Source: Selaginella moellendorffii
Lineage: Eukaryota > Plantae > Lycopodiophyta
Assembly: GCF_000143415.4 (NCBI RefSeq)
Contig: NW_003314281.1
Span: forward strand, 1,403,882-1,467,881
DNA: 64,000 nt
Reading direction: 5' to 3'
The notes beneath the pieces were generated by a model that was not told where the DNA came from, ran no database searches, and was given only the letters and a program-made list of their open reading frames with translations. This document shows positions 35,172 through 47,656 of this stretch, piece by piece (within the stretch, counting starts at the first letter, position 1; the number at the start of each line of letters is the position of its first letter). A program made the position numbers and the translations under genes.

Positions 35172-35264
35172 TTCTAAGCTCTCAAAAATAAAAGACAAAA
35201 CAACAATCCCAATCTTCTGTGATAGTGGAATTAATAAAAACTTGGGCACACTCATGGTTAGTTG

Positions 35265-38200
35265 CTCGGGGTGGTCACTCTTATATAACCATATATATCA
35301 TCTGTGTGTACGGATTAGGGTTATTTTGGGTGCAAACCATTACAAGCCTTAGGGTTGAGTTTAATTTGAAAAATTTCATACGTACAGGTAGGGGAGGAGG
35401 TGAAGCTCCTCTAGGGCTCTCTAGAGTAGCAAGCTGTAGAGGGCAATAAATTTCACATAGTAGGTATAGAGTGTGATGTTATTGTGTATGTAGAGGATGG
35501 GGATCAAAAGAAGCCTGTGGGTTTCATCAGGGTTCAGAAGGAGTGTTCTTATCATCAGCTCTGCAAAGCTATTATTTTAGACGAGATTGAGGGTCTTGTT
35601 AAGAGCGATTTTGTCTTCTTGGATGCCCTTTCCCTTGCAATGACATGTAAGAAAAAGAGATATCCATTTTTTGGAGCTGAAGTTCTGGTTCGCATGCTTA
35701 ATCTTACAGCAGTAGAACCAATTCAAGAGGGGCAATCTTCAGCAGCAACCAGTGAAGCTCATGAAGAAGATCCAATTGGATTTTTACCTAGTTTGAATTC
35801 CAAACTTGCTTCAGCTAGAGAAATACACAACTGGAAGAGATCATTCAAGCAGAATGAGAGAAAACTAAGAGCAAAAGGGAGGAAAGACAAGTTTGATTTG
35901 TTTTCATATGACCAAGATGGATGTGCTCACTTCAAAATCATGTGTCAGGAGTGTGGAATTGTTTATGGAGGAGGCCTGAAAGACACCTGTTACAATTTCG
36001 TTTCAAAACATTGCAGTGGAGCTAGGCATGAAGCAAACTACACAAAAGATCAGCTACAGCGGGAGAAAAGTGATTAGGAAAAAGCTGACACGGATAGTCC
36101 TATTGAGGGTGCTAATGAAGGTGCTAAACTTGCTAGAAGTGGAGAAGCTAATGAATGGAACCGTGGAAAGGTTTTGCGATGAAAACAATGTTTGCTTCAC
36201 TCTCTATGAACCAAGTGTGGGAAATTTTGAGAGGAGGAACAACATTCGGGTTTGTTGCAATCATTGTGAGAAGATGTTAATGCTTTTTCCTCTTGCCGGG
36301 AGTCTCCTGAACAATCTAATGGTTCACGTTTTTGGGAATAAGCACAAGAATGCTGGCCGAGAAAGAAGCATTGGAGGTCAGCCAACTAAAGTTGTAAACA
36401 CTAACAATAAACAAGGAAACCTCCTTAGCTATTTCACACAAGGTAAGAAATCGCATTCTAGTTTTTGTAAAGTTAATAATGTGTGTTGTTTAAATTTTTT
36501 CAGGAAAAGGAGTCTCATCAAGCAGTTCTTCTCAGAACTTCAAAGCATCTCCAAATGAGTCTTCAAGTAAGTAGCAATTCATATGCTTTACATGGTGTGA
36601 CTTCCTGTATAATATAATCTGTTGTAATTGATAGGAATTGAAAGACTTTGCTTTGGATACTGGCCAAATATGGCTTGAGTTCTATGAATGTTTGTCCTCT
36701 TCTCCAAGATGTAAAAGAGGGAGGTTGTTGGTTCTGTGATCCAAACTTCAAAGCAGCAGCAGATGGTGTTGTTGTCAACAGAACATTCAGATCAAACAGT
36801 GTCTAAGAGTGACAAACAATATATATGGATTCAAGAACAAGTAGTGCAAGTTTTGTATGACAATACTAGCTTGTAGTGACTTCAAAGGACGTGCTTTACG
36901 GGAAAGCAAAGTGACAATACCACAAGGACAAAGATTGAAGAGGCATGGAATGAGACTTGACTACATGACTACAACTGAGCACATAGATAGCAGTAGGCTA
37001 GTGCAAGCAGAGAATAGAAGGCTGGCATTGGAACTATTGACCACAAGATGCAGGATAGCAGCTCTTTCAGTTCATTGTCGGAGTTTAAAAGAAACTTTGA
37101 AGGAAAGCACCATTCGCAAGGATATCAGAAAATTCAGCTCTAACCTCAAACAAGCTTGGCAACAAGGCAAATTCAAGGGCAAGGAGACAGTTCTTCACGT
37201 GATGCAAGATCTGCTGTAGGGAATAACTAGGAAAAAACAAGGAATGAGGTTTTTTTTATTTATTCAAAGTTTTTTCCTTACACTCTTAATAGGTACCATG
37301 AAACCACAAAATGGATTTTGCGAGTAACAAAAATGTGGGGGGGGGGGGGGGGGGAGAGAGAGAGAGCAGGCTTAACAACTTCCTTCACTTGAACCTTGGA
37401 TTGACAAGTTTGTCGACAACAAAGCGTGACATGAGAACAAACTTTAGATACACAATAGGTTTGCAATCCAAGATATTTTTGAACCTTTCTAAGGTTTACA
37501 AGTTCAAGATGGAGAGTTTACAGCTCAAGCTAGGGAGTGTGCTTGTTTTGATTGCAAAAGACGAAACAGTTATTAAAAGGATGATCAAATGGATTGCTCG
37601 TGATGATGCTTTGCTCGGGTTTTGTGGAAAGAAGGGGGAGGGTCACAAGTGTGTGAACGGTTTTGTCGTGAAGGTTGGGAATGGAGAAGCAGGTTATGAA
37701 CAGATCACTCAGGCTTTTCTGGACAACGAGAAAGCTCACTATGCACAAGTGTTGATGGTTAATCCATTGCACAGACAGTTGCTGTGCTTGGTTCTCTCTA
37801 TTCAGCTTACTTGCAATCAGTTTACAACTTCAAATGTTCGACAACAATGGAACTCGATCCATCAAATATGGGGACAGCACCTTCAGAATGTTGTTGGCCC
37901 ACTGATTGGCCATTCATCAGATGAAGATCAAAGAAGGTGTAAACTAATGCTTGAAGACATGAGTCTGGGTGATACAACAACAGGAACTTACTTTGTACCT
38001 TGGTCAGGGTGGCTATTCTCTGGAAAGTGGATTCAACAGGGAACCTTTTGATACATGATCAAGACTATGTGCATAATGGGAAGAAGCTGATCAATCCATT
38101 GCATAGTGCAATAAGACAATTGTTTCTGAAAGTTTTCGAAAACTTCCCAAATGTCATTCAAATGCACAAACTCATCTCCCATGGTAAACACAGACTGCAA

Positions 38201-39841
38201 CTTGGGGATGTTAGGTGCTTTGATAGACAAAAGTGGGGTGCTGCTCAGCGACTTTGTAGCAGGCTAGTGCAAGTTTGTCTTTCGATTATGCAAGAAACAA
38301 CATATAGAAGACCTTCACGTACGCTGGGAACCGAAACTTATCTTGCTGTGGTGGCATTATATATTGATATCTTTTTGCACCCGTACTTGAGCCTTGGAGA
38401 GCGAGTGAGAGCTGCATCAACGGTGTCCTTCTTCTTTTGTTTATAGAGGTTGTGGATTCTGAAGGAAAGCAAGTGGAACCTGAAACACAACTTCATCAGC
38501 AAGGAAACCTTTTTGGACATTCAATTATCATGTCACTTTGTTGTCCTTCTAATCAGGTATGTTTCATATATATTTTTCTTTTGTTAATTTTGCTTTTGAG
38601 ATAGATATTTCCGGGATCACCATTCACATTTGCCTGTCCCAATTAATAGAACTTGTTCTGACATTTGCGAGAACTTTTTCTCCAAAATAGGAGGAATGAT
38701 CGGGAATGAAAGGTGTTATGATGGAGTTGACGTTGTTCATAGTGCAACTAGTATGAACATGCTAGCAGAATGCGAGGCAGTAGGTACATTGCTTTTTTCT
38801 AAAGCTCACAGGAAACAGGAAAATATTTGGGAAAAGATAGAGCATGATGGTAAGAGAGTAGTAGCGGACTTAGGGGATTACAATTTGGTGGAGATAGATG
38901 CTTTGATAGTTAATGAGCTGATTCAGGGTAAAGCCAAAGCACAAGAACTTCTTCATGGCTTTGGCATATCTGGAAGAGATTGGTGGGATAAACCTGAAGA
39001 TTTTGAGGATTTTCACAAGGTTTCAGAAAATTCCGGAGAGCATGATATAGTCAATCAGTTTGAAGAGGAACATATAGTAGGAGAAGAAGCTACTGAAGTA
39101 GCAAGTGAACTGAGGCATACTTTTGATGCTGTTTTGGATCATATTGAAAATTATGAGTCATTAAAAATGGAAGCAATAGTTTTGGTTGACAAGAAGAAAA
39201 TCTATAAATTGACCATTGTTTCTCAGCTAAATGAAAATCCATTTCTCTCCAAAGACCGGCTCACATGGGTGAGTTTGTTTGGTATGGTGGTCGAATTCTT
39301 TCCATGAGGAAAAAAGTGAACAATACTTGGACAGACACAAGGGAAGTGATTGAATTAGCCAATCTTCCAATTGATTCTGCTGATTTTCAAATGAACCTAT
39401 GCTACTATAGGGAATGTGATGCTCCTGAAGCTAATGATGAAGGGAATTCATGGTATAGATACAACGTTCTTGATAATATGCTAGTGGAACTAACAAGCTT
39501 GATTGCTTTGGCATCATTATCATATCATCCAGAAGTCGAGAGATATTTGCTTCCACAACATGATAGGGAAGTTTTTGATAATTTCATCAAAGATAAAAGC
39601 AAGAATATCAATTGTCGTAGAAGGTGAAATAAATTTTTTTATTAATGGAAATATATATATGCTTTATGCAAAAATAACCAGAATATTCCACATATATATA
39701 AGAATTAAGGGTTTATTTAAGATTTGAAAAAATGGGTATGGGGCAAATTATGAACAACAAAAAAAGTATACTAGGCCCCCTAATTCTAAACTTCCAGAAC
39801 TCAAATGATATATAATGCTTATAAAGAGTGACCACCCCGAA
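35265..39841 (+). mobile_element. 4.6-kb TIR DNA transposon with a degenerate P-superfamily-like transposase
   Basis: TIRs YTCGGGGTGGTCACTCTT (imperfect to about 40 bp), 8-bp TSD GTTAGTTG/GTCAGTTG and an empty site at about 17615. ORF fragments contain DET, GHSSD, QDYVHNGKKLIN and SDICENFFS. Confidence 0.85.
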
Positions 39842-39854
39842 GTCAGTTGATAAA

Positions 39855-40582
39855 TCAGCCAGCAATAAGAGCGTAAAGTGACAATTCCAGAGATTCCCTG
39901 GCCAAGTTCCTGATGTCCAGTGCCTGGATAGAGAAAATGAAGAGAAGAAGAACCAAAAAGGAAACTCCAGATAATGCTGCGAATGCAAAGGCTAGCCATG
40001 GCTGGACGGTTCTTGGATCCCGGTCAATCGATCGAGATGGTCGCGTCCTGGACGAGCAGCTGGTGCTGCCGCAAGATCCACAGCACGCTCAGCAGCAATC
40101 CCTCGCGCATACTGCAGCTCATGCTCAAGAACTCGGATTCACAGATGTGGAGCCCCACGGGGCCGCCGCCACGATCCATCGCCGGCAGTGAGGAGCTTGC
40201 GATCATCAAATTCCTTGATTTACAGCAGCGTCGATCCTCGAGCATGGATTTCCTGAGCGCCAGCTCCTGGATTTGGCGCTGCAGTGACTGGATCAGCGCC
40301 ATTGCCTCGGCGATGACCTCGCATCGATCCATCTGCAAAGCAAAGAAGCAAAGCATTTAGCCCTTTGTTTGCTTGGCTGAGAATCCTAGCGATCGATCGA
40401 ATGTGATGGATGGAGCGAGAGATTACTACCTTCCAAGATTGCGATTGGAGCGGTAGCAGCACGCGCAGTCGATCATACAGCTCCTGGACCTCCTTCTGCC
40501 GCTCGCGCTCCGACCAGATGTGATTGATCCACTGCATGTAACTCCGGCTCCGCCCTCCCTGCGCCGGGATTAGATGATCCAT
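39855..40582 (-). pseudogene. bHLH1 copy B, probably pseudogenised
   Basis: Basic region changes ERERR>ERERQ and QRINH>QWINH. A deletion creates a stop after ISID (40024), and the intron-2 donor is deleted. Confidence 0.78.
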
Positions 40583-40786
40583 GGTCGCGATCCTCCTGCT
40601 CTCGCGCGAAATCTTCGAAATCTTTTGGAATAGTCAGATCCAAAGGAATTATAAATATTCCGAACTTCTTTCCAGGGAATCACACCGTACGCACGGTGTT
40701 TATGATCTGTATGGAAGCCCAGACTTGTGGTACGATGCTTGCAATGCCCGTGATCTGGGCGAAGTCCGTGGATCATGCCTTGGCTT

Positions 40787-41546
40787 CTACCTCATGAAGA
40801 ACTGCCAGACGACGCAGCCAAGATCTCCATCCATCATAGGGCTTTGACCGTCTGATTGTAGCGATGCTGATGATCCAGCACTAGACTTCGCCGCTGGAGA
40901 CGAGGCTGGTTCTTCTGCTGGATCGCTTTGGAGGAGGTGAGTATCGCGAAACTCTTCTCCTGCGGGGTCTGGAATCTCCGGCGTGGGAGGAGATGGAGGT
41001 GGGTCGCTTCTTTCATGATCTTGAGAAACGGGTGAGTGGGCTACAAGTGCCTTGTTCCTGATGCGCGAGTTCCACTGGTTCTTCACATCGTTGTCTGTTC
41101 GTCCGGGAAGCTGGGAAGCAATGTAAGCCCACCTGTGATTGATATCAGTGACGAGGATAAAAAAGTGATGGTGCCGGATCAAACACCTGTTTCCAACAAG
41201 CCCATGGAGCTCGATGAGCTTTTGATTCTCCTCGTCGCTGAATTTCCCACGTTTAAGGTCCGGCCTCAAGTAGTTCATCCACCTTAGTCTACAGCTCTTC
41301 CCACTTCTTTGGAGCCCTGCAAGAAAGCAGCGAAATCGGTCCTATAGAAAACTTCGTGAGTGAGATCGTCAATCAAACCCGCAAGCTTGGGAACAGTGGT
41401 CCATACGTTTCCACACCCGTGCTGCAGTATGAAATTTAGCAATAGCTCGTCCTCTTTGGGCGACCACAGTCCCTTCCTCACGATCGAGCTTGAGCTCGTC
41501 ACGCCTCCCAATTCATGATCGTCGGGTTGTTCTCTTCTTGAGACCA
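40787..41546 (-). CDS. R2R3-MYB (MYB1, copy B), 3 exons
   Basis: Near-identical to 18617-19377 with frame and splice sites intact. Confidence 0.9.
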
Positions 41547-42855
41547 TGGATCGGTGAAGAACTTTGTGACAAGGATTTTTCAAAGAAGATGAATTCATTT
41601 CAAGCTTGCTCTTTTGGTCATGGATCAAACTCATGGAAGGACAATATCAGTTGACACACATTTCTCACATTCCAACCACCATACACAAAAACACGGTAAT
41701 GTTTTCTTTTTTTTTCTTCTTTCTTCTTCTTTTTGTCTCAGCTTCATATTAAGAATCTGACAATAACTTTATTTTCTACTGTCCCAAGGTACAAAGCTTG
41801 AAAGTCCTTTCCGCAAGCTGGCCCTTTGACAGAGATTGCAAGATTGAGGCCAATGGTTTAGATCTATAGTTCTGAGTACAGTGTTTCACCTTTTTTGAGT
41901 CGTAATGACATTACTATATAAAAATAAATTCTAAAAATCCAGTTTCTAAAATCTTTTTTGTGACAGAGAAATGATAAAAGAAATGCGTTCTGTCAAGTAA
42001 CATATTGGATTATAACTCATGCTTGAAAAAATTCACTTCAAAATATATACAATCTTAGGAGTATATGTCAAAACAATTAATATGCATCACAGAATGTTTT
42101 TCTTAGAAGAAAATCACTCAGCTTGAGATAATTTTAGTATTTTCTTTTGGAATTTTTTTAACCAAGAATAGCATCATTTCAGGAACGTTTAGGTTCAGGT
42201 TTAGTAATGGGGTTTTAGCGGTTAAATTAGTATAAGTATATTCTAGGCATAAAAAATCACCATTTTTTTATAAAAGGGAGAAGATGTGGAAGTGGTGGTC
42301 ATAGCAGCAAAGTATTGATATAGTTTCCTCCAATTTTCATGCTTGAACTTCACACCCAACACCAGCCAGAAGTTGATAAGGTGATAGAATTTCCTCTCTC
42401 CAATCATTTTCCAAAACTAGAAGTGATAAATGGTCAAAGACTAAAAGAGAGAGTCCTAAAGAATGAGATTCATTCCCCACTAATGTGTCCATGCTTTCTC
42501 ATAGAGGTGGTGACAATCCTATTAGATATGGACTAACTTTGGTTTACAGGATTTTGATACACTATGAAATTCTTTCATTTCTTTGCATCCCCCACATTAA
42601 TATAATTAGTTTTAATTAATAATATTGTTTTTTTAATTGCAAACCGGCTGTGCAGCAATATAATTTTTCATTTTTATTGCCTTTAAATTTCAATTACCAG
42701 TTTTTTTTCTTCGCATTAGAGATTAGCTTTAAAAGTAAAGATAAAGCAATAAAAGATGGGTCTTATTAACTATTTCTGTACCTTCACTTAAAATGAACTT
42801 GATAATAGTATATATTTAATTCAGTTACTTTAAAAATTAATGTATTCAATGGATC

Positions 42856-43050
42856 TATATACATATATACATATACATATATACATACACATACACACAC
42901 ACACACACATATATACATATATATATATATATACATACATACATATATACATACATACATACATATATATATATACATATACATATATGTATATATATAT
43001 ATGTATATATATACATATACATATATGTATATGTATATGTATATATATAT
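42856..43050. repeat. (TA)n/(CA)n/(TACA)n microsatellite
   Basis: Directly visible. It is the uninterrupted counterpart of the tract carrying retroelements in block A. Confidence 0.95.
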
Positions 43051-43858
43051 GACTGTAATTAGTTGGAGCACATTATTTATATGCACGTAGATCGAGAAGC
43101 TGTTTTCTCGCCGAGCATTTCTTCGTACGTCAGTTTGCCTCAAGATCAATCTTAAGGGACCAATCGATTGCAGGTTCCATCCACCATCCATGCTGCTCCC
43201 AGGACACCGTGCGATTTAACGATTCTGCTCAACGACACCTGGCACCAGTTGATTCAATGCCCAGCTCTGTCTTCCAAGCTGGCTGGCATTGCATGGCAGC
43301 AGCTTTCCCTGGAAAACAGTTGGATAGGACAATCTTTTTTCACAGGATCAAGCATTTAGCTGCTTGTCAATCACTTTAATTTACATCGATCTCTTTCGAT
43401 TGTGTACACTTGATCAGCGTCGATTGTGCAAACACTTCAACATTTTGGCAGCCAGCTTCTTGTTTCGAAGACCGAGCTACAAAACTTTGAAAAGTATTAA
43501 CACTCAAAGTAATTTATTTGAAATTCTCCTTTCTGGAAGGAGAGTTTTATGCGTTCAAGCTGTTTTTCCTCTTTTGACACCAAGCTCTTTTTCTTTTTCT
43601 TCTATGGGTTCATCTTTGGAACTTTGTGATTTCTGCAAGTTCTCTCAATTCCAAAAAGAAAACCAACCGCAATACAAATTCAATGAACTTGCTTGCCCCA
43701 GAAATACAAACACAGATATTTCAAACTGATAACTGCAAACTTGGAGGAGTTGAGAACACTCTCGTGGACTACAACATCCAAAAGAAAAGGAGTTTATGCT
43801 CCAGCTGGTTCTGCGTCTCCATGGTGGCATGCAAATCATCGTCTCATGTTTTGGATAT

Positions 43859-44541
43859 TTAAAACTTGTTCACAAAACTTTTTAGCGATGACTCCAAAGA
43901 CTCCTTGGCGAAGTGATCGATGTCCAAGGCCTGCAAATCCACAGACAAAATCCTAAGAAAATCAATGGAGAGATGGAGAAACCTTGGCACGGATGCAGAT
44001 GCATGCGACGCGCGAAGCATCATCGACGGAGACGGACGCGTCCTGAACAATCAGCTGGTGTTGGCGCAGAATCCACAGCACACTCAGCAAGAGCCTGGCC
44101 TGCATCCTGCAGCTCATGTTGACGAACACATCCGACTTGCATATGTGCAGCCCCACGCTAGCACTCGATCTCGCTGCTGCCGCCATCGCCATCGCATTCC
44201 ACTTGGGCTTGGAAGGATCCATGGCGGCGCTCTTGCGGTGCTCGAGCAGCATGGATCTCGTCGCCGACAGCTCCTGGACTTGATTCTTGAGCGATTGGAT
44301 GAGCTCCATCGTCTCCTGCACCACTCCGCATCGATCCATCTTTCGTGCAGCGCAAACAATCTTTGAGTGATCAAGCAAAGTAACAAGTGTGGATTGATCA
44401 GGATACCTTTGAGGCTTCCGTTGTTGGTAGCAGCGACCTCAGCCGATCATACAGCCCTTGCAGCTCTTTCCTTCGCTCCCTCTCCGACCATATGTGATTG
44501 ATCCGCTGCGCGTACGTCCGGGTCTTTCCTTGCGCAAGCAT
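43859..44541 (-). CDS. bHLH with ACT-like domain (bHLH2, copy B), 3 exons
   Basis: Same structure as copy A. An upstream in-frame ATG at 44664 is an alternative start. Confidence 0.86.
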
Positions 44542-44997
44542 CGCCGGGCCCAACCCAATGCGCGGATTGATGCTAGCAGCATTCAAGGGGCAAACTCCAT
44601 GATCCAGAAACACGGGAAGAAACTGACTCAAGCTTGAGCCCTCGCGCTTGACAGGCTTCACCATTGATCGTAAACTTACACTCGAATGTGGTCGTCTAGA
44701 AGAGAAACTCTCGCCCTCGAGAACTTACACTTGCTCTTACAATCAAAAGGACTTTCTCCCCTCCACCAATCTTCTCGAGCGCTCCCCCACCACCTTTCGG
44801 TGGTGTAGTTATGAAACGATCGGCGTGGATGTTGGATACTACGCAACATCTACGCCGAGCATACATTTGCTTTTGCCAGCCAGCACAAGACACGGTTATG
44901 ATTTTAACGATACACAGATAATCTCTTTAATGCCAAACAATAATCGAACCACTTTATTTTGATGAAATAGATTGGCAAGAAAGAGACGCTCTTTAAT

Positions 44998-45033
44998 ATC
45001 TCCTCTCTCTCTCTCTCTCTCGTATAGATGCCA

Positions 45034-45094
<61 letters not shown>
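44998..45094. repeat. (CT)n/(GA)n microsatellite directly after the MYB2 stop codon
   Basis: Directly visible. Confidence 0.95.
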
Positions 45095-45095
<1 letters not shown>

Positions 45096-45096
<1 letters not shown>

Positions 45097-46010
45097 TAGA
45101 TGCTACTGCTGCTACCGCTGACACTGTGGCAGAAGCTCAAATCCAGGCACTCGTCTTGCAGCTGGAGCTCAACCAGCGCTCGCAGAGGACATGCCTCGCC
45201 GCAGAGCAAGCAGTCGCCGCTAGAAGTGGTGCTTGCCACCGCCAGGTGATGATGATCCAAAAGTTGGACACCAGTGCTGCTGATGCTACTGCCATTGCTG
45301 CTGATGCTGCTGCTGCTGCTCTCGTATGCCATACCGCTGCAGGAGCTTTGCCAGACAATGCAACCCAGATCGCCATCCATCATCAATCGCTGTGCTTCCT
45401 CACCTCCCTCTAAACTCTTCTCACTGTCTTGGCGAGGGAGTGCTGTTTCACTTGTGATCGAAGAACTTCTTCCACAGCTGCTAGAGCTCCTCCCCTTGGC
45501 CTTGAATCTGACGCGGGAGTTCCAATGGTTCTTGACATCGTTATCCGTTCTCCCAGGAAGTTGAGTAGCAATGTAAGCCCATCTACACAGCGAAGGGAGA
45601 GATGTCGATCCGAAGCCAAACACTCGAGCAAAAGTAAAGTACCTGTTTCCAACCAATTCATGCAGTCGACAGAGAGTTTCCTCCTCCTGCTCGCTGAATT
45701 TTCCGTGCTTCAACTCCGGTCTCAAGTAGTTCATCCATCTCAGCCTGCAACTCTTGCCAGTTCTTTGCAGGCCTGGAACTCGAAAAGCCACACAACAACA
45801 GTCGATCATCAGAAACTTGCAAATTCCAACTCCGGAAAGCTTACCTGCAAGCTTGGGCACGGAGCTCCAGACTTGATATCCATACTGCAGGATGTGCTTC
45901 CTCAAAAGCTCGTCCTCTTCAGGAGACCAGAGTCCCCGCCGCAGTTTGCTGGACACTACAGCATCGTCTCCCTCGTACTCTTGTTTCGAGGCTGTCTCAA
46001 CTGAACTCAT
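45096..46010 (-). CDS. R2R3-MYB (MYB2, copy B, intact), 3 exons
   Basis: [71 protein letters not shown]. Confidence 0.92.
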
Positions 46011-46351
46011 CCTCCCAACTTCCAGGAAATCGGAAGCAAACACCCCGACTTCCAATCCAAGCTCTCTACGAAGGAATTGTTTCCCCTTCTGCTGTTTCTT
46101 TGTCCTTTTCCAACTTGAAAACGATCCAAGTCATGACAAGAGATCGGGTGACACACATTTCTCAGGAATTTAGTAACACGCTTCATGCAAGGCATCTTTC
46201 TCTGTGCCCCACACGGTGCCTTTTCTCTTAGCTTGTGTCTGGATGAGGCTCTGCAAAGCTGGAAAGTTCTCACCAGAAAAAAGAGTGAGAGATCAGAAAT
46301 GCGCGAGAACAACAGAACAACTTACGCTTCCGATGGTTCCTGCGTCGGCAG

Positions 46352-47510
46352 TCAGGAGCCGGACAGCTTGGAGCAGTGGCGGTCGTTTCCCAGCTTCCTG
46401 CAGTTGAAGTAACCACACCGGTTGAGCAGCTCCAAGGTTTGGGTGCTGCTAGAATTGCTCGCAGCCAGCAACTTATCGTCTTCCTCGTAGACAACGTAGG
46501 GAGCTTGCTCATTCGGCCTGGAAAGCAACCGCTCCGCTCCTTTCAGCACATGATACTCCCAGCCCTGGACGTCGACTTTCAGCAGCGAGACACGCATTTC
46601 GTCTGGGATCACGGAGTCCAGGGTCAGTGTTGCAACCGTAAACGGAACCACGTGATTGCTTTTGAAAGCAAGCTTTGCTCCTGATAGCGAAACGGCGGAG
46701 TTGTCAAGCCTCCCAATCACCTATGAGAACAACAAGGTATGTAAAGAGCTAAAAACAAAGAGTACTATGTAGATAAAGCAGCCGAAATAAGTTTAGCAAT
46801 GCAGGAAGAGGAGGTGTTCTTCTCATCTAGAAATACCATTATCACGCAATGCAGTAGTTTAGTAGTATGTTCTATCATGCAAGACAACGCAAAGAGATCG
46901 TGATCTAAGACAGTAGCACGCACTGCAAGAGCTTTGCCAAGAGAACAATCTTTCCAAGTACCTTGTGGAGCGTAATGCTTCCCGGAGTATCAGACACGGC
47001 CGCGTGAAAGAGCTTGACGAGGCTTCCAGCTCTGTTCAAGTAGACACCATCGCAGAGCTTGTTTAAGTTGTCCACCACTGGCTCAAACGCAAGAACCCTA
47101 AACCCCATCGCCGCGGCAGCGAATGCAGCCATTCCAACGTTCGCTCCCACATCCACCACGACTCCCTCGCCCGGATTCCTGCCCTCCAGAATTTTCTGCA
47201 CCGTCTCGGAGATCTCCGGCTTCTGGAACAGCTTCCCCTTGATCACGCGAAGGAAATTGCGATTCGGCCTCTCCGCGCTGCCTAAATCCGCGATCGAGAT
47301 GAAGAAGGGATACCTCACGCCTTCGATCTTGTTCGCGAACACCGGCCATCCCTGCTCCGATCTCTCGCAGGAGTACTCCGGGAATGCGCCGCCGATCCTA
47401 GGCGCCGATCGCTCCCTACCGCCCTCTAGAACCCTAAAGAAGAGATAGATCAATGCAGCGCAGGCGGCACACCAGAACACCAGAGCCTTGTGTTCTCGCC
47501 GGGCTCGCAT
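46352..47510 (-). CDS. FkbM-family (Methyltransf_21) SAM-dependent methyltransferase, type II membrane protein, 2 exons
   Basis: Exons 47510-46962 and 46720-46352. N-terminal TM segment, VVDVGANVG, LAFEP, TLDSVI and LLKVDVQGWE. Confidence 0.9.
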
Positions 47511-47656
47511 GGTATACTCTGCAAATTTAGGGCCTGTCCGGAGGATCGAACCCTCAACCAACATGATCCAACGGCTGGTAGTTAAAAGCCGTTGGATTGA
47601 CATAAGCCCTTAAAGCCCTGCGCGAAGAGATTGTAGAGTATCGAGAGATTGACGCA

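Noticed and set aside
42784-43191. 135-aa ORF
   Set aside because: Microsatellite translation.
44341-44406. bHLH2 intron 1 starting GTATCCT as a U12 intron
   Set aside because: The donor deviates (GTATCCTGA), there is no clear branch consensus, and the equivalent bHLH1 intron is ordinary U2.
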